A DNA stretch of 64,000 nucleotides from an uncultured Lentisphaerales bacterium (lineage in GTDB: Bacteria; Verrucomicrobiota; Lentisphaeria; JABSQK01; UBA12247). Below the pieces are notes generated by a model that was not told where the DNA came from, searched no databases, and saw nothing but the letters and a program-made list of their open reading frames with translations. The DNA is taken from assembly GCA_943788985.1 (NCBI GenBank), contig CALSSJ010000012.1:32001-96000 (forward strand), written 5' to 3'. The position numbers were made by a program, and so were the translations under genes. How positions within the stretch are numbered: the stretch's first letter is position 1; the number at the start of each line of letters is the position of its first letter. This document shows positions 10,378-20,381 of this stretch, one piece after another.

Positions 10378-11351
10378 CTTTGGGGCAGGTATTTTTTCTG
10401 AGCTCGGTTGACCGAAAGCGTAAACGTCGCTACCACGGCACGGTGGTCAGAGGGGTATGGAGCGACCACGATATCCGCGTTCTCTTTGTTCTCTCCGATA
10501 ACCTTCGCATCGGTCACCTTGAGACCCTCGCCTTTAAAGTAAACATAATCAATGCGGTCATAGTGGATCGTAGGATCATCGGCTTTATTGAGAGTCGTCC
10601 AGGTGTAGCCGGGCTTTGCCATCTCGTCGGGATAGACCGTGCGATACGCATCGATATAGCCTGCCTGGGCCATCATCAAGGAGGTGGGGAATTCCACCTT
10701 CATGGGGTGGCGGCCGGAGTTGGCCGCGGCTTCGGTCCAGTCCAGATATGAGGGTTCGTTGAAATCGCCGACGACAAAAATAGGCGCCTCTTGATCGGAG
10801 AGAGCATTTATCCGTTTGAAAAGTCGTGCGATGAATCTGGCGCGCGTCTTATTTGCACCGGCAATTGCCTCGGCTTCGGTATCTATTTTGGGGTACACTC
10901 TGTAGCCGGCGGTCAGACCCAAGAGCTGGAAGGGCTGGTACGGACCGTGGGGCAGGTGCAGGTTGAAGACATAGGCTTCCTGGCCTGAAGGCAGCTTGAC
11001 CTTCATGCCGTCGGAATTCCTTTTGGCACTATCAGGTAACTCCTCGACAATTTCATAACGCGTGATGAAGGGACCGCTATGATTCCACCCCAGCAGCTTC
11101 GCCAGTTTCGGGACATTATTGCCGATCTCCTGCAGACCCACGATATCGGCCTGTGCCAGCTCGATCATCTTGGCCGATTGGGACAAGGGTTGCCCACGCT
11201 TCGTGCCGCCATGTAAAGCATTGTAGGTCATGACCCTCACGATGGACTCTTCGCCGGGCTTTTCGCTTTCTGCGTGCAGGGGTATTGCAAAAGCCAGCCC
11301 AAGACCGAACAGCATTGTTATAGCACTCATCGTGCGAATTGTTTTCTTCAT
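10374..11351 (-). CDS. Secreted EEP family protein
   Basis: Signal peptide; VMTYN, GLQE, GDFNEPSY, DRIDYVY, YPSDH. Confidence 0.9.
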   Translation of the reverse strand: MKKTIRTMSAITMLFGLGLAFAIPLHAESEKPGEESIVRVMTYNALHGGTKRGQPLSQSAKMIELAQADIVGLQEIGNNVPKLAKLLGWNHSGPFITRYEIVEELPDSAKRNSDGMKVKLPSGQEAYVFNLHLPHGPYQPFQLLGLTAGYRVYPKIDTEAEAIAGANKTRARFIARLFKRINALSDQEAPIFVVGDFNEPSYLDWTEAAANSGRHPMKVEFPTSLMMAQAGYIDAYRTVYPDEMAKPGYTWTTLNKADDPTIHYDRIDYVYFKGEGLKVTDAKVIGENKENADIVVAPYPSDHRAVVATFTLSVNRAQKKYLPQR

Positions 11352-13496
11352 TAAAGTTCCTTTTTATGGCCGAGCTGCGAGAGCTTCCAGGTCTTATCGG
11401 TGTGTACCTTTCCATCCCCAAAAATGATGCGGACACGGGCCGTGGGATCGTCACGAGTCGTGTCGAAATCAATCGTCGCAAAGCCCTTCTGCCCGCTGTT
11501 CGCTATTCCGGAGGACATCACCTCGACCATGGGATAGCCGACACGGTCGGACTCGTGGTGCTTCCCAGACGAGGGATTGGTGCATATCGCCTGACAGATA
11601 CATCACGCCGGAGATCTGATTTTCTTTGATGGCATCGAAGAGACGGTGGCGTGAAAAGGTGTAGATGCGCCATCCATCCACCTTGCTGTGATGAAGCGTA
11701 CTGCCGGAAGCAATGATCTTAAATCGGGCTTTTGAATTCTTGAGACCGTTTAAAAGCCACTCAAACTGGGCATCCCCAAGCATCCGCTTCTTCTCATCAT
11801 CCGGCACTTCGTTGGGCGAACGATGGTAGCGACCATCCACTACAAAAAAATCAACATCTCCATAGGAGAATTTGAAGAAGGCACCCGGGGTATCGACAGT
11901 TCCAAGTTCCGGGTTGGCCCAGAACTGCTTCCAACCCGCCAGCGAAAACTCTTTTCCTTTTGCCGTACCATCGGAATTGTTGGGACCGTAATCATGATCA
12001 TCCCAGATCGCGTAGACCGGCACATGGCGCAGCACATTGGCAAACTCCTTCTCCTGGCGGTAGGCCACATGATGTTTTAACTGCACAGTAGGGTCGGTAG
12101 TATCGGAATATTGGGTATCGCCCACCGTGATGTGAAGATCGGGTTTCTCCGCGAGCAGGAGATTCCAGGAATCCTGGGGCCCTCCACTCCGCATGCAGGA
12201 GGTAATGGCCAGCCTGAAAGCCGAGGGCTTTCCCTCGACCGGAGCCGTCTTGAAGGATCCCTCCCGGGCGGGATCAGGTTTACCATCTACAGAAACCTGA
12301 TAGCGATAACGCGTATCTGGCAGCAATCCCGTCAAGGGTGATTTGAACACCTGCCCGGACCCCTTGGCGGCGGGGTTAGGCTCCGCGGTAAACGTTCCCG
12401 TCTTTTTATCAACCAGAGAGGATTCCTCGGCATGATAGTTAAAGGTGCACCGGGACTTGGCCGGGGCATACATCCACAAGGTCATCCCATCCGGTTTGAC
12501 ATCCCCCATCAGAGGACCGGCGATCCCTTTGTCTGCTTGTTTGGCCAGCGAAAAGGTCGCCACCACCGCGCGGTGGTCAGAGGGATAAGGCGAAACAACG
12601 ATGTCCGCGTTCTCTTTGTTTTCACCCACGATCTTTGCGTCGGTCAGTTCTACGCCCTTGCCTTTGAAGTAAACAAAATCGATGCGATCATAGTGGGTCG
12701 TTGGGTCATCAGGCTTGTACATGGGCGACCAGGTGTAGCCCGGGTTTTTCATCTCGTCGGGATAGATCGTGCGGTAAGTATCGACAAAACCTGCTTTGGT
12801 CATCGCCTTCGAGGTGGGATACGCCACTTTGATCGGGTGGCGACCGGACTGGGCCGCTGCTTCGGTCCAGTCAAGGTGTGAGGGTTCATTGAAATCGCCC
12901 ACCACAAAAACAGGAGTCTTTTGGTCGTAAAGGAAACGTATCTTTCTAAGAAGTCTTACTACGTGTGGTTGGTAGCGTGCCTTTCTTGCCCACTCAATCG
13001 CTTCGGCTTCGGTAGTGATCTTTTCGCCGCCGCGAGTAATACCCAATAGCTGGTAGGGCTGATACGGACCGGATGGCAGGTGCACGTTGAAGATGTAAGC
13101 TTCCTGGCCAGAAGGCAGCTTGACCTTGATGCCGCCTTTGTTGCGGCTGTTGTCACCTTTGATGCGCTCGATGATCTCATAACGCGTCACGATCTCGCTA
13201 TCCACGTCGTGATTCCACCCCAGCAGCTGCGCCAGTTCCTCCGTATTCTTAGGGTACTTTCTTACCTGGATCTCCTGCAGACCGACAATATCAGCCCGGC
13301 CCTCCTGAATCACCCGGGCCGTCTGGAAGAGGGGTTGCCCACGCCTCCTGGCGCCGTGATATACATTGTACGACATGACCCGAACGATGGACTCTTCGCG
13401 GGGCTCCTCGGTTTGTGCCTGCAGGGGCGTCACAAAAGCCAACCCAACGGCGAGCAGCATTCCCATAGCACTCATGGTGCGAATTGTTTTTTTCAT
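11351..13496 (-). CDS. EEP + PhoD-like alkaline phosphatase/phosphodiesterase fusion, with a +1 frameshift near 11562 in the C-terminal part
   Basis: Start MKKTIRTMS. An EEP domain is followed by PhoD motifs TSC, GDTQY, WDDHDYGPNN, DGRYHRS, MLGDAQFEWL and SGDMH. Removing one A (VWE|HHESDRVGYPMVEVMSSG...) restores a frame that ends at a TAA overlapping the next ATG. Confidence 0.85.
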
Positions 13497-13566
13497 AACA
13501 GTTCCTATGCAAACTTCTACCCGCACCGACTTGTTCGGCTGCGGGAATTGTTGGCGTTTTTTTTTA

Positions 13567-13757
13567 AACCACTGATGGACACTGATATTCATCTCACGAC
13601 GCGCTTCCATTCGAGTTTTGTTTTCTTCTTTAAATTCAGGAAATATCCCAGACCGTATCCGGTCACGTTCATCCTTGGAGCAACCCACAATATACTAAGC
13701 CTCCATCTTATGGATCGGTTCGGGTTTATCAGTGTCCATCAGTGTCCATCAGTGGTT
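13567..13757 (-). pseudogene. Decayed GxxExxY unit bounded by a perfect 20-bp inverted repeat
   Basis: AACCACTGATGGACACTGAT (13567-13586) and ATCAGTGTCCATCAGTGGTT (13738-13757). The interior minus strand reads MNVTGYGLGYFLNLKKKTKLEWKRVVR*. Confidence 0.7.
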
Positions 13758-13764
13758 GTCTCTT

Positions 13765-14811
13765 CTATTCTTTTGGTTGATTGGATAGCGTGAAGGTCGC
13801 GACCACGGCGCGGTGGTCGGAAGGATACGGAGCAACGACGATGTCCGCATTCTCTTCGTTTTCACCGACGATCTTGACTTCAGTCACCTTGAGCCCTTTG
13901 CCTTTGAAATAAACAAAGTCGATGCGGTCGTGATGAGTCTTAGGGTCATCGGGCTTGTACTTGGGCGACCAGGTGTAGCCCGGGGTTTTCATCTCGTCGG
14001 GATAGATCGTGCGATAGGCATCGCCAAAGCCGGCTTTGGCCATTGCTAGAGAGTTGGGATATTCCACTTTAATGGGGTGGCGGCCGGCCTTGGCAGCGGC
14101 TTCGGTCCAATCGAGATGTGAGGGTTCGTTGAAATCACCGACTACAAAAACAAGGGCCTCTTGATCGGGGAGGGCATGCACCTGCTTGAGAAGTCCTGCG
14201 ATGATTTCACCGCGAGCCTTTGTTGCCCATTGAATCGCCTCGGCCTCGGTCTTGATAAATTCGATATCAAATGTGTGCTTATGCCAAGTCGGACGGATGC
14301 CCAGCAGCTGGTACGGTTGGTAGGGATGGGAGGGCAGGTGGAAGTTAAAGATGTACGCTTCCTTACCCGAATCCAGTTTCACTTTGACGCCATTTTTGAG
14401 CGATTCAACGATTTCATAACGCGTTATAATTTTAGAACCCTTGCCCCCATCATGATTCCAGCCCAGCAACGCAGCGAGATCCTCCAAGGTGTCACCCCGG
14501 GGGGATCTCGTTTCCTGAATGCCGACGATATCCGCGTTGGCTTCCTTAATGGCCTTGGCCGTTTGGGACAGGGGTTGCTTCAACATGACGACGCCACCAC
14601 GATGTATGTTATAGGACATGACCCTCAGCGTGGACTCTTCAGCTTGGAGCTGCAGGGGCGAACCCAAAGCCAATCCAACAGCGAACAGCATGCCGATCAT
14701 GGCGAGGAGGCGATTCGATATCGCCACAGAAGCAGAGAAAGCCTGTCCAGATACAGACGTGACTCCGCCATCAATAGGGCTATATAGATATTTCGTTTTT
14801 TTCATTTTCAT
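13765..14811 (-). CDS. Secreted EEP family protein
   Basis: VMSYNI, GIQE, GDFNEPSH, DRIDFVY, YPSDH; hydrophobic signal-like segment. The true start may be downstream. Confidence 0.88.
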   Translation of the reverse strand: MKMKKTKYLYSPIDGGVTSVSGQAFSASVAISNRLLAMIGMLFAVGLALGSPLQLQAEESTLRVMSYNIHRGGVVMLKQPLSQTAKAIKEANADIVGIQETRSPRGDTLEDLAALLGWNHDGGKGSKIITRYEIVESLKNGVKVKLDSGKEAYIFNFHLPSHPYQPYQLLGIRPTWHKHTFDIEFIKTEAEAIQWATKARGEIIAGLLKQVHALPDQEALVFVVGDFNEPSHLDWTEAAAKAGRHPIKVEYPNSLAMAKAGFGDAYRTIYPDEMKTPGYTWSPKYKPDDPKTHHDRIDFVYFKGKGLKVTEVKIVGENEENADIVVAPYPSDHRAVVATFTLSNQPKE

Positions 14812-14901
14812 TTCCTTCTCTATAAAGGATCTCGTTTTCCTATTCGCATCACTACACGAGTTCGTTCATTCTTGCCGATCAGAAGCGAAGGCGGCAACTC
14901 C

Positions 14902-17900
14902 CTAATTGGCCGTAAAGCCGATCACGCGCAGGGCGGTGCCGCCCTGCTTCATGCGGCCAGGACGGTTTTCGAGGATCTCCAGCTCGAGCGTGTGGTCACC
15001 AGTCTCCAGCTCGTTAAAAAACATGATGGTGACGGGATAGTTAAACCCGCTGAATTTGCAGAGCGTGTCGATCTCGTTCGTCTGCTTGCCATCGATCGTA
15101 CAGCGGAGAATCCCCGCGTCCGGCCCGGCCAGCATGTACGCGCCAATCGCGGTGCCGGCAAAATCAATGGTCAGCTTCGCGCCAGCGGTGCTGCTGTAGA
15201 TCATCGGCGATTTCATAAAGCGGGCCCGAACCGCCCCCCTGTTTTCCCCTTTCCAAATCGGCACGCCGACCTTCCAGTTCGCGTCGGTTGTCGCATCCTC
15301 AAACGGCAGAAAGCGACCGCGGATGTAGCTCTTTTCGTCAATTGCTTCTTTGACCGGATATGCGCGGGGTTCGGCATTGGCTGGCAAGGGCTTTGCCCAT
15401 TCCTTGAGCAGCGCATTGGCAATCATGGTTGCGCACATCGTGTTGCCGTGCTTTTTCGGGTGTACCCCGCCGTAGGTCTTCCAGTCCGTCTTGCCAGCAG
15501 TGATCTGATCCGCCAGCTCCTGCGCCAGGTTGTTTACCGACACATCGTAATGCTCTGCCACCTTACTGTGGGCGGCAACCGACGCAGCCATGCGCCCCTG
15601 TTTTGCCTGACTCAGGATGTTCTCATTCACAAACATGGTCATCACAATGTCGACGTTCGGGTTGTGCTTCCGGGCCTGGGCGATGACACCCTCCATCCCG
15701 CGCAATGCATCGTGATAGCCCTGGTCGCCATCCTGATCATCATTGACGGTATACTCGACAAACAGCATATCCAGCGGTCCCTTGCTCAGGACATCTCGTT
15801 GCATGCGAAACGCACCAGTATCGGAACAGGTTGAGCTGATCCCCGCATTGGTAAAAGTAAATTCAGTTTGAGGGAAGCGCTTCTTCAACATCTCGCAGAC
15901 GATCGGGCGATAGCCATTCATCTCCGTAATTGAGCCGCCAAGAAACGCCACATGCCCGCGTTTTTTCTGCTCGAACTGAATGCGACTATTGCGGGAGTCG
16001 CCACGCAGGACGAAGTTTTGATCGCCCACGATTTCCTTGGCCGCGAGTGTACTCTGGCCTTTGTCCGGCTGGGTGACGAAATCGACAATTGGCTGCGGGT
16101 TTTTCAGCGAATGCGGATGGTGGCCGGTGTCAGGCTTATGAATCACCTTGATCACTCCGCCCAGCTTCTTGTAACGCGCTTCTGCAATCGCCGTGTTTTC
16201 GGCAAGCGGCACGATATCGTCGGCATCCCCCACGACGTGAATAAGCGGAATCCCGGCCTGTGCCAGCGGCGCCAGATTATCGAGCGGATTGCCTTTGTAC
16301 GCCAGCGCTTCTGCATCCGTGAGGCCATAGGCATTCAAACAGGTTTTCCAGGCCCCGCCGGCCCCTTTCCCTTTGCCCTTACCACCTGGCCAGCTTGTGA
16401 AATCCATGACCGGCGCATCGGCGTAGATCGCTTTCACTTTGTCCGGATTCGCCGCCGCCCAGTTATACACGATCAGGCCGCCGCGCGACATCCCCTCCAG
16501 AACCGGCTTATCCGCAAACAGGTGCTCAAAACGGAGATAGTCATAAAACGCATTCCAGCGCTTCACCGCTTCCGGGCTACCAAACAGGTTGCCAACATTG
16601 CAGTAGACGATGTGATAGCCCCGCTTCAGCATGGCGACATCAAACTGCGGCTCATGCCCCCAGAAGCGCGCGCGCCAGACCCACGGCTTACCGTCAGCAA
16701 TCTTCTTCGGAAGCACCACTTTGCAGTCCACACCTTCGAATTTGAAGCCAACCTGATCGAAGCCATGAAAGGTGGACTTCTTGCCCTGCCACTCAGAACC
16801 GGATGGTGCACGGGCGGACTCTGCAACAGGCCGCTTTGCAGCCTTGGCAGGAATCTCAGCCTCCGTGGTGAAGATAGAAGCTGGCAGGCCTTGCTTGTTA
16901 TAGAGATTGGCCGCTTCAGCGTTCTGTGCCCACGCATAGCGGACCACCGTTGGATTCGCGACGTCCGGGTGAGACACAGTGATCGTGTCGGTGCCCGTAA
17001 TCTCAACATTCGCCCACTGCCACTGACGGTCTGCACCACAGATCTGGAAATGCTGCAACGGTTCATCGGACTTCTGTGTGTCGGCCATCCCGACCTTTGA
17101 ACCAGCCATCAGCCCCGAACCGGCGGAATCAAACGTGATGATGACCTGGTTGCCTTTGATTGTATGGCTCTTGTAGAGTGGGCCGCTGCAAACAGGCACC
17201 TTCTGTTTGTAATCATGCTTCAAGGCCCACAACGCCAGGCGCTTGCCGACATCTATTTTGTTGTGCGGATGGATATCGGCGGCTTCGCCGATGTCACTCA
17301 GCACGGCCATACCGGTATGTTTCAGACCGAGCGTCCGGCGCTGCTGATCGCAGATCAATGCCCAGGAGTCGAACTCAACCGGCTCAGTAACCGGTTGCTG
17401 AAAGTTCGCCAGCTGCGCGAAGTAAAACGGAAAATCTCCCTGATCCCACTGCTCGCGCCAGGCGCTGATCATTGTCCTGAAGTGGTGTTCGTACTGAGGG
17501 ATATTATGACCAGCATTCGACTCGCCCTGATACCAGATAGCCCCTTTGATGGCGTAGGGAACAACAGGGTTGACCATGGCGTTGAAGAGCGTCGAGGGGA
17601 ACTGTGGCCCTCCGTTCGGCTTCGATGGTTTCCTCGGCTTTCTATGTCTTCTTGCCTTCTTGCCTTTCGCCTTCTCTTTATGACGCTCAAGGGCAGCCTG
17701 GTAGTCCGCCTCCGCCTTTTTCGGATCCCATGATGCGACTTGATTTTCAAGATCGGATCGGTTGCTCGAATAATAGGCAGCCATTTCCGTATCCTGCAGG
17801 AATGCCTCCGCGGGAATCCAAGGTTCGACGCGGGTGCCGCCCCAGGCGCACTTGATCAGGCCGACCGGAACGCCAAGTTTCTTGCGCAGCTCACGCCCAA

Positions 17901-18480
17901 AGAAATAGGCCGTCGCCGAAAAGCTAGGATTGTTCTTGGGTGAGGAGTCCATCCAACTGCCCGCGAGGGTTGTTCGCGGCTCAAAGGGAGACATGCCCTT
18001 GTTTACGGTAAACTGCCGCAATCCGTCATCCGTCGCCGTCTCTATCTCCTTCTTAACGTAGTGTGCAGCGGGCTGGTGTTCCGCCGTGGTGCGCTTGGGG
18101 GAGGCCTTGGCCAACTGTTCCAGCACAAAGTCCATGTTCGACTGCCCGGAGCAGAACCATACTTCTCCGCAAAGAACGTCGTGAATGTCGACCGTGTTGT
18201 TTCCCTTGATGGTAAGGCTGTACGGCCCGCCAGCCGCGGGCGTCTTCAACGTCACGCGCCATGTGCCGGATGCGTCGGCTGTCGTAGCCGCAGATTCACC
18301 CCAGCTCGCGCTGACAGTCACCTCTTCACTCGCATCTGCGGTTCCAAAGACGGGTGCTTCGGTTTCGCGCTGGATCACCATGCCATCGGCAAACAGCGCC
18401 GCGGGCCGCACATCGGCCATGCCAACAAACGGCGTGATGATGACCAGCGAGACGATCAATACATTTAGCTTAACCGTCAT
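14902..18480 (-). CDS. Tri-modular esterase: sialate O-acetylesterase + alpha/beta hydrolase + SGNH/GDSL domain
   Basis: SASA motifs GQSNM, WYQGES and DIHPHNK; alpha/beta motifs GMSRGG...GHHPH; SGNH motifs FLGGSIT, VEYTVND and GGVHP. Confidence 0.88.
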   Translation of the reverse strand: MTVKLNVLIVSLVIITPFVGMADVRPAALFADGMVIQRETEAPVFGTADASEEVTVSASWGESAATTADASGTWRVTLKTPAAGGPYSLTIKGNNTVDIHDVLCGEVWFCSGQSNMDFVLEQLAKASPKRTTAEHQPAAHYVKKEIETATDDGLRQFTVNKGMSPFEPRTTLAGSWMDSSPKNNPSFSATAYFFGRELRKKLGVPVGLIKCAWGGTRVEPWIPAEAFLQDTEMAAYYSSNRSDLENQVASWDPKKAEADYQAALERHKEKAKGKKARRHRKPRKPSKPNGGPQFPSTLFNAMVNPVVPYAIKGAIWYQGESNAGHNIPQYEHHFRTMISAWREQWDQGDFPFYFAQLANFQQPVTEPVEFDSWALICDQQRRTLGLKHTGMAVLSDIGEAADIHPHNKIDVGKRLALWALKHDYKQKVPVCSGPLYKSHTIKGNQVIITFDSAGSGLMAGSKVGMADTQKSDEPLQHFQICGADRQWQWANVEITGTDTITVSHPDVANPTVVRYAWAQNAEAANLYNKQGLPASIFTTEAEIPAKAAKRPVAESARAPSGSEWQGKKSTFHGFDQVGFKFEGVDCKVVLPKKIADGKPWVWRARFWGHEPQFDVAMLKRGYHIVYCNVGNLFGSPEAVKRWNAFYDYLRFEHLFADKPVLEGMSRGGLIVYNWAAANPDKVKAIYADAPVMDFTSWPGGKGKGKGAGGAWKTCLNAYGLTDAEALAYKGNPLDNLAPLAQAGIPLIHVVGDADDIVPLAENTAIAEARYKKLGGVIKVIHKPDTGHHPHSLKNPQPIVDFVTQPDKGQSTLAAKEIVGDQNFVLRGDSRNSRIQFEQKKRGHVAFLGGSITEMNGYRPIVCEMLKKRFPQTEFTFTNAGISSTCSDTGAFRMQRDVLSKGPLDMLFVEYTVNDDQDGDQGYHDALRGMEGVIAQARKHNPNVDIVMTMFVNENILSQAKQGRMAASVAAHSKVAEHYDVSVNNLAQELADQITAGKTDWKTYGGVHPKKHGNTMCATMIANALLKEWAKPLPANAEPRAYPVKEAIDEKSYIRGRFLPFEDATTDANWKVGVPIWKGENRGAVRARFMKSPMIYSSTAGAKLTIDFAGTAIGAYMLAGPDAGILRCTIDGKQTNEIDTLCKFSGFNYPVTIMFFNELETGDHTLELEILENRPGRMKQGGTALRVIGFTAN

Positions 18481-18533
18481 ATTCGGTTCCTTGTTACTTT
18501 TTTTACTCAGCTCTAATAGTCCGACAGGCTGCT

Positions 18534-19390
18534 ATTCGAAATGGGTGGTCGCTGGGATCTCTTACTCACAATAGACCCAGGGATGGTCGGACAGGCAGCC
18601 CTCAGCTTTTAAATTCCGATCGTTCTGGTTCTTTGGTCCCCAGTCTCTCTTGGATTCGATGAGTTTGACCGAGCCCTTTGTGCTGAAGAGGATGTGGTCT
18701 ATTGACTTCTCTTTGGTTGTGTTCTCCAGCTTGACATCTTTCGAAAGAGATCGCATGACCAGGCCATCGGTCCATTCATTAAAGTCGCCCCCGACGATAA
18801 TGCCGTAACTAGCATCTTCGGCCTTGATCAGCTCCGCCAGCTTTTTGTGTTTCGAGCCCTCCCAAGCAGCAGAGGAAGTAGGTTGCTTCCTGTGGTGGGC
18901 ATAGCCTGGCAAGTGCAGAGAGTAAAGCGCGAACTTCCGACCACCGATTTCAGTCTCTGCATGCACTGGGTTCGCACGTTTCCAGCCACTCCCTTCCACT
19001 GTGATGTCTTTGCCCTCGGTCAGAGGCGTTCGGCTCAGAATGGACTTGAACTTGCCGCCATAATCACCCGTTATATCCCCCATTGGGGAGCCTTGTGCCC
19101 CGCGGATGAACTCGTTCCAACGTGTACGTGCTCCAGGCCGAGTGCGTCCGCTAAGCGTTGTGACCAATCCTTCACGTCTTTTCCTGGGTTCGCCTTGGGA
19201 ACCTCACTAAGCAATACGATGTCGGCCTTCAGAGGCTTCAGAAGCTCGGTAATTTGCTCAGGAGTAGCCCATTGCCCGCAAGCGACGTTATACGCCACCA
19301 CGCTAACCTTCGTCGTACTGGCTCCATATACAGCCGTGGTCATCAGCAGAGCCGACATCAGTGTACGCGTGTCAAAAATTTGTTTATCAT
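18534..19390 (-). pseudogene. EEP family protein (second subtype), disrupted
   Basis: Paralog of 32665 (AYNVACGQW, GGDFNEW, SDHPWV). Lesions: a probable frameshift near 19362 in the signal peptide, a missing G in a G-run near 19080, and a TAA at 18562-18564 where the paralog continues CELEFP. Confidence 0.8.
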
Positions 19391-19469
19391 CAGTTGCCTT
19401 GTTTAATTGGTTTTTAGTTCAACGGTTTCTTATCAGCGTCTTCACGGATGGCACCTGCAACAGGCTCTT

Positions 19470-20381
19470 CTATTTCGTCGAATCCCACATCGTATCCAGA
19501 AATGCACTAGGGCCAACAGCAGGGTAGCTGCCGTCCGACTTCGTTGCGGTATCCTGAAAGCTGAGCGCTTCGCCATGGCCATCGGCCAGCAGGAAGTTTG
19601 CGCGCAGGCCGCCGTAGTGGTTGGCTTTGACCGTTGCCAGCCCGGTCGTGTAGTAATTCCGCCAAGTAGTCGGCTCTATCACCGAACGCTTCCAGTAGCC
19701 CAGCATATTGTCAGCAATGTTTCTCCCCTCGGCGATGACGATCGCAGACTCGGGCGTCCCGATCCCGTGCAGTGTGCGCGAGTGGTCCCGCCCGGATACT
19801 CCTTTGTAGGCCGAGGGGTTTATGAAGCCTGGCCCATAGGGCCCGGAGTGTGAAAGGCTATAGGAGCGTGGAATGGTGCGCATCGTCCCATAGAAAAGCT
19901 CATCAGGCTTGCGATATGATGCGCAGAGATAGAGCTCCTGGTACCCGAAGAGATCGTAGCTTAATGCCGCGGCTTTCATTGTGTTACCATTGAATTGGTT
20001 GGTGCCCTGAGGCAGAGCGGGCCGGTCGTCGTAGCCGCTTATCAGATCATCCCAGCTGATCCCGCCGTAGGGCGATCCCCAACTGTTGTCCCCATTGGTT
20101 GGATAGAAGCTATCGTAGTCGTCTGCATACATGAAAATCGAAAGCCCCAACTGCTTCTGATTATTTAGACAGTCGATCGCTCTGCTATTCGCTCTTGTCT
20201 GGCTCAGGACCGGCAACAGCAACGCGGCCAGGATGGCGATGATTACGATCACCACCAGCAACTCAATCAATGTGAATGCTCGCCCCCAAGGGCGAGGTGA
20301 ATTCACTCGGTGCTCACTGCTGCAAGGTCGCCACGGTCTACACATGTGGTTTCTCCTTCGTCTCTGCGGGTTTGCAATCAT
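19470..20381 (-). CDS. Prepilin-type N-terminal cleavage/methylation domain protein with C-terminal H-X9-DG-like motif (DUF1559-like)
   Basis: [23 protein letters not shown]...[11 protein letters not shown]-terminal [16 protein letters not shown]. Confidence 0.9.
   Translation of the reverse strand: MIANPQRRRRNHMCRPWRPCSSEHRVNSPRPWGRAFTLIELLVVIVIIAILAALLLPVLSQTRANSRAIDCLNNQKQLGLSIFMYADDYDSFYPTNGDNSWGSPYGGISWDDLISGYDDRPALPQGTNQFNGNTMKAAALSYDLFGYQELYLCASYRKPDELFYGTMRTIPRSYSLSHSGPYGPGFINPSAYKGVSGRDHSRTLHGIGTPESAIVIAEGRNIADNMLGYWKRSVIEPTTWRNYYTTGLATVKANHYGGLRANFLLADGHGEALSFQDTATKSDGSYPAVGPSAFLDTMWDSTK

Noticed and set aside
13728..13757. Tandem ATCAGTGTCC repeats as a possible CRISPR array
   Set aside because: The units are 10 nt with no spacers and there are no cas genes; they are one arm of an inverted repeat.
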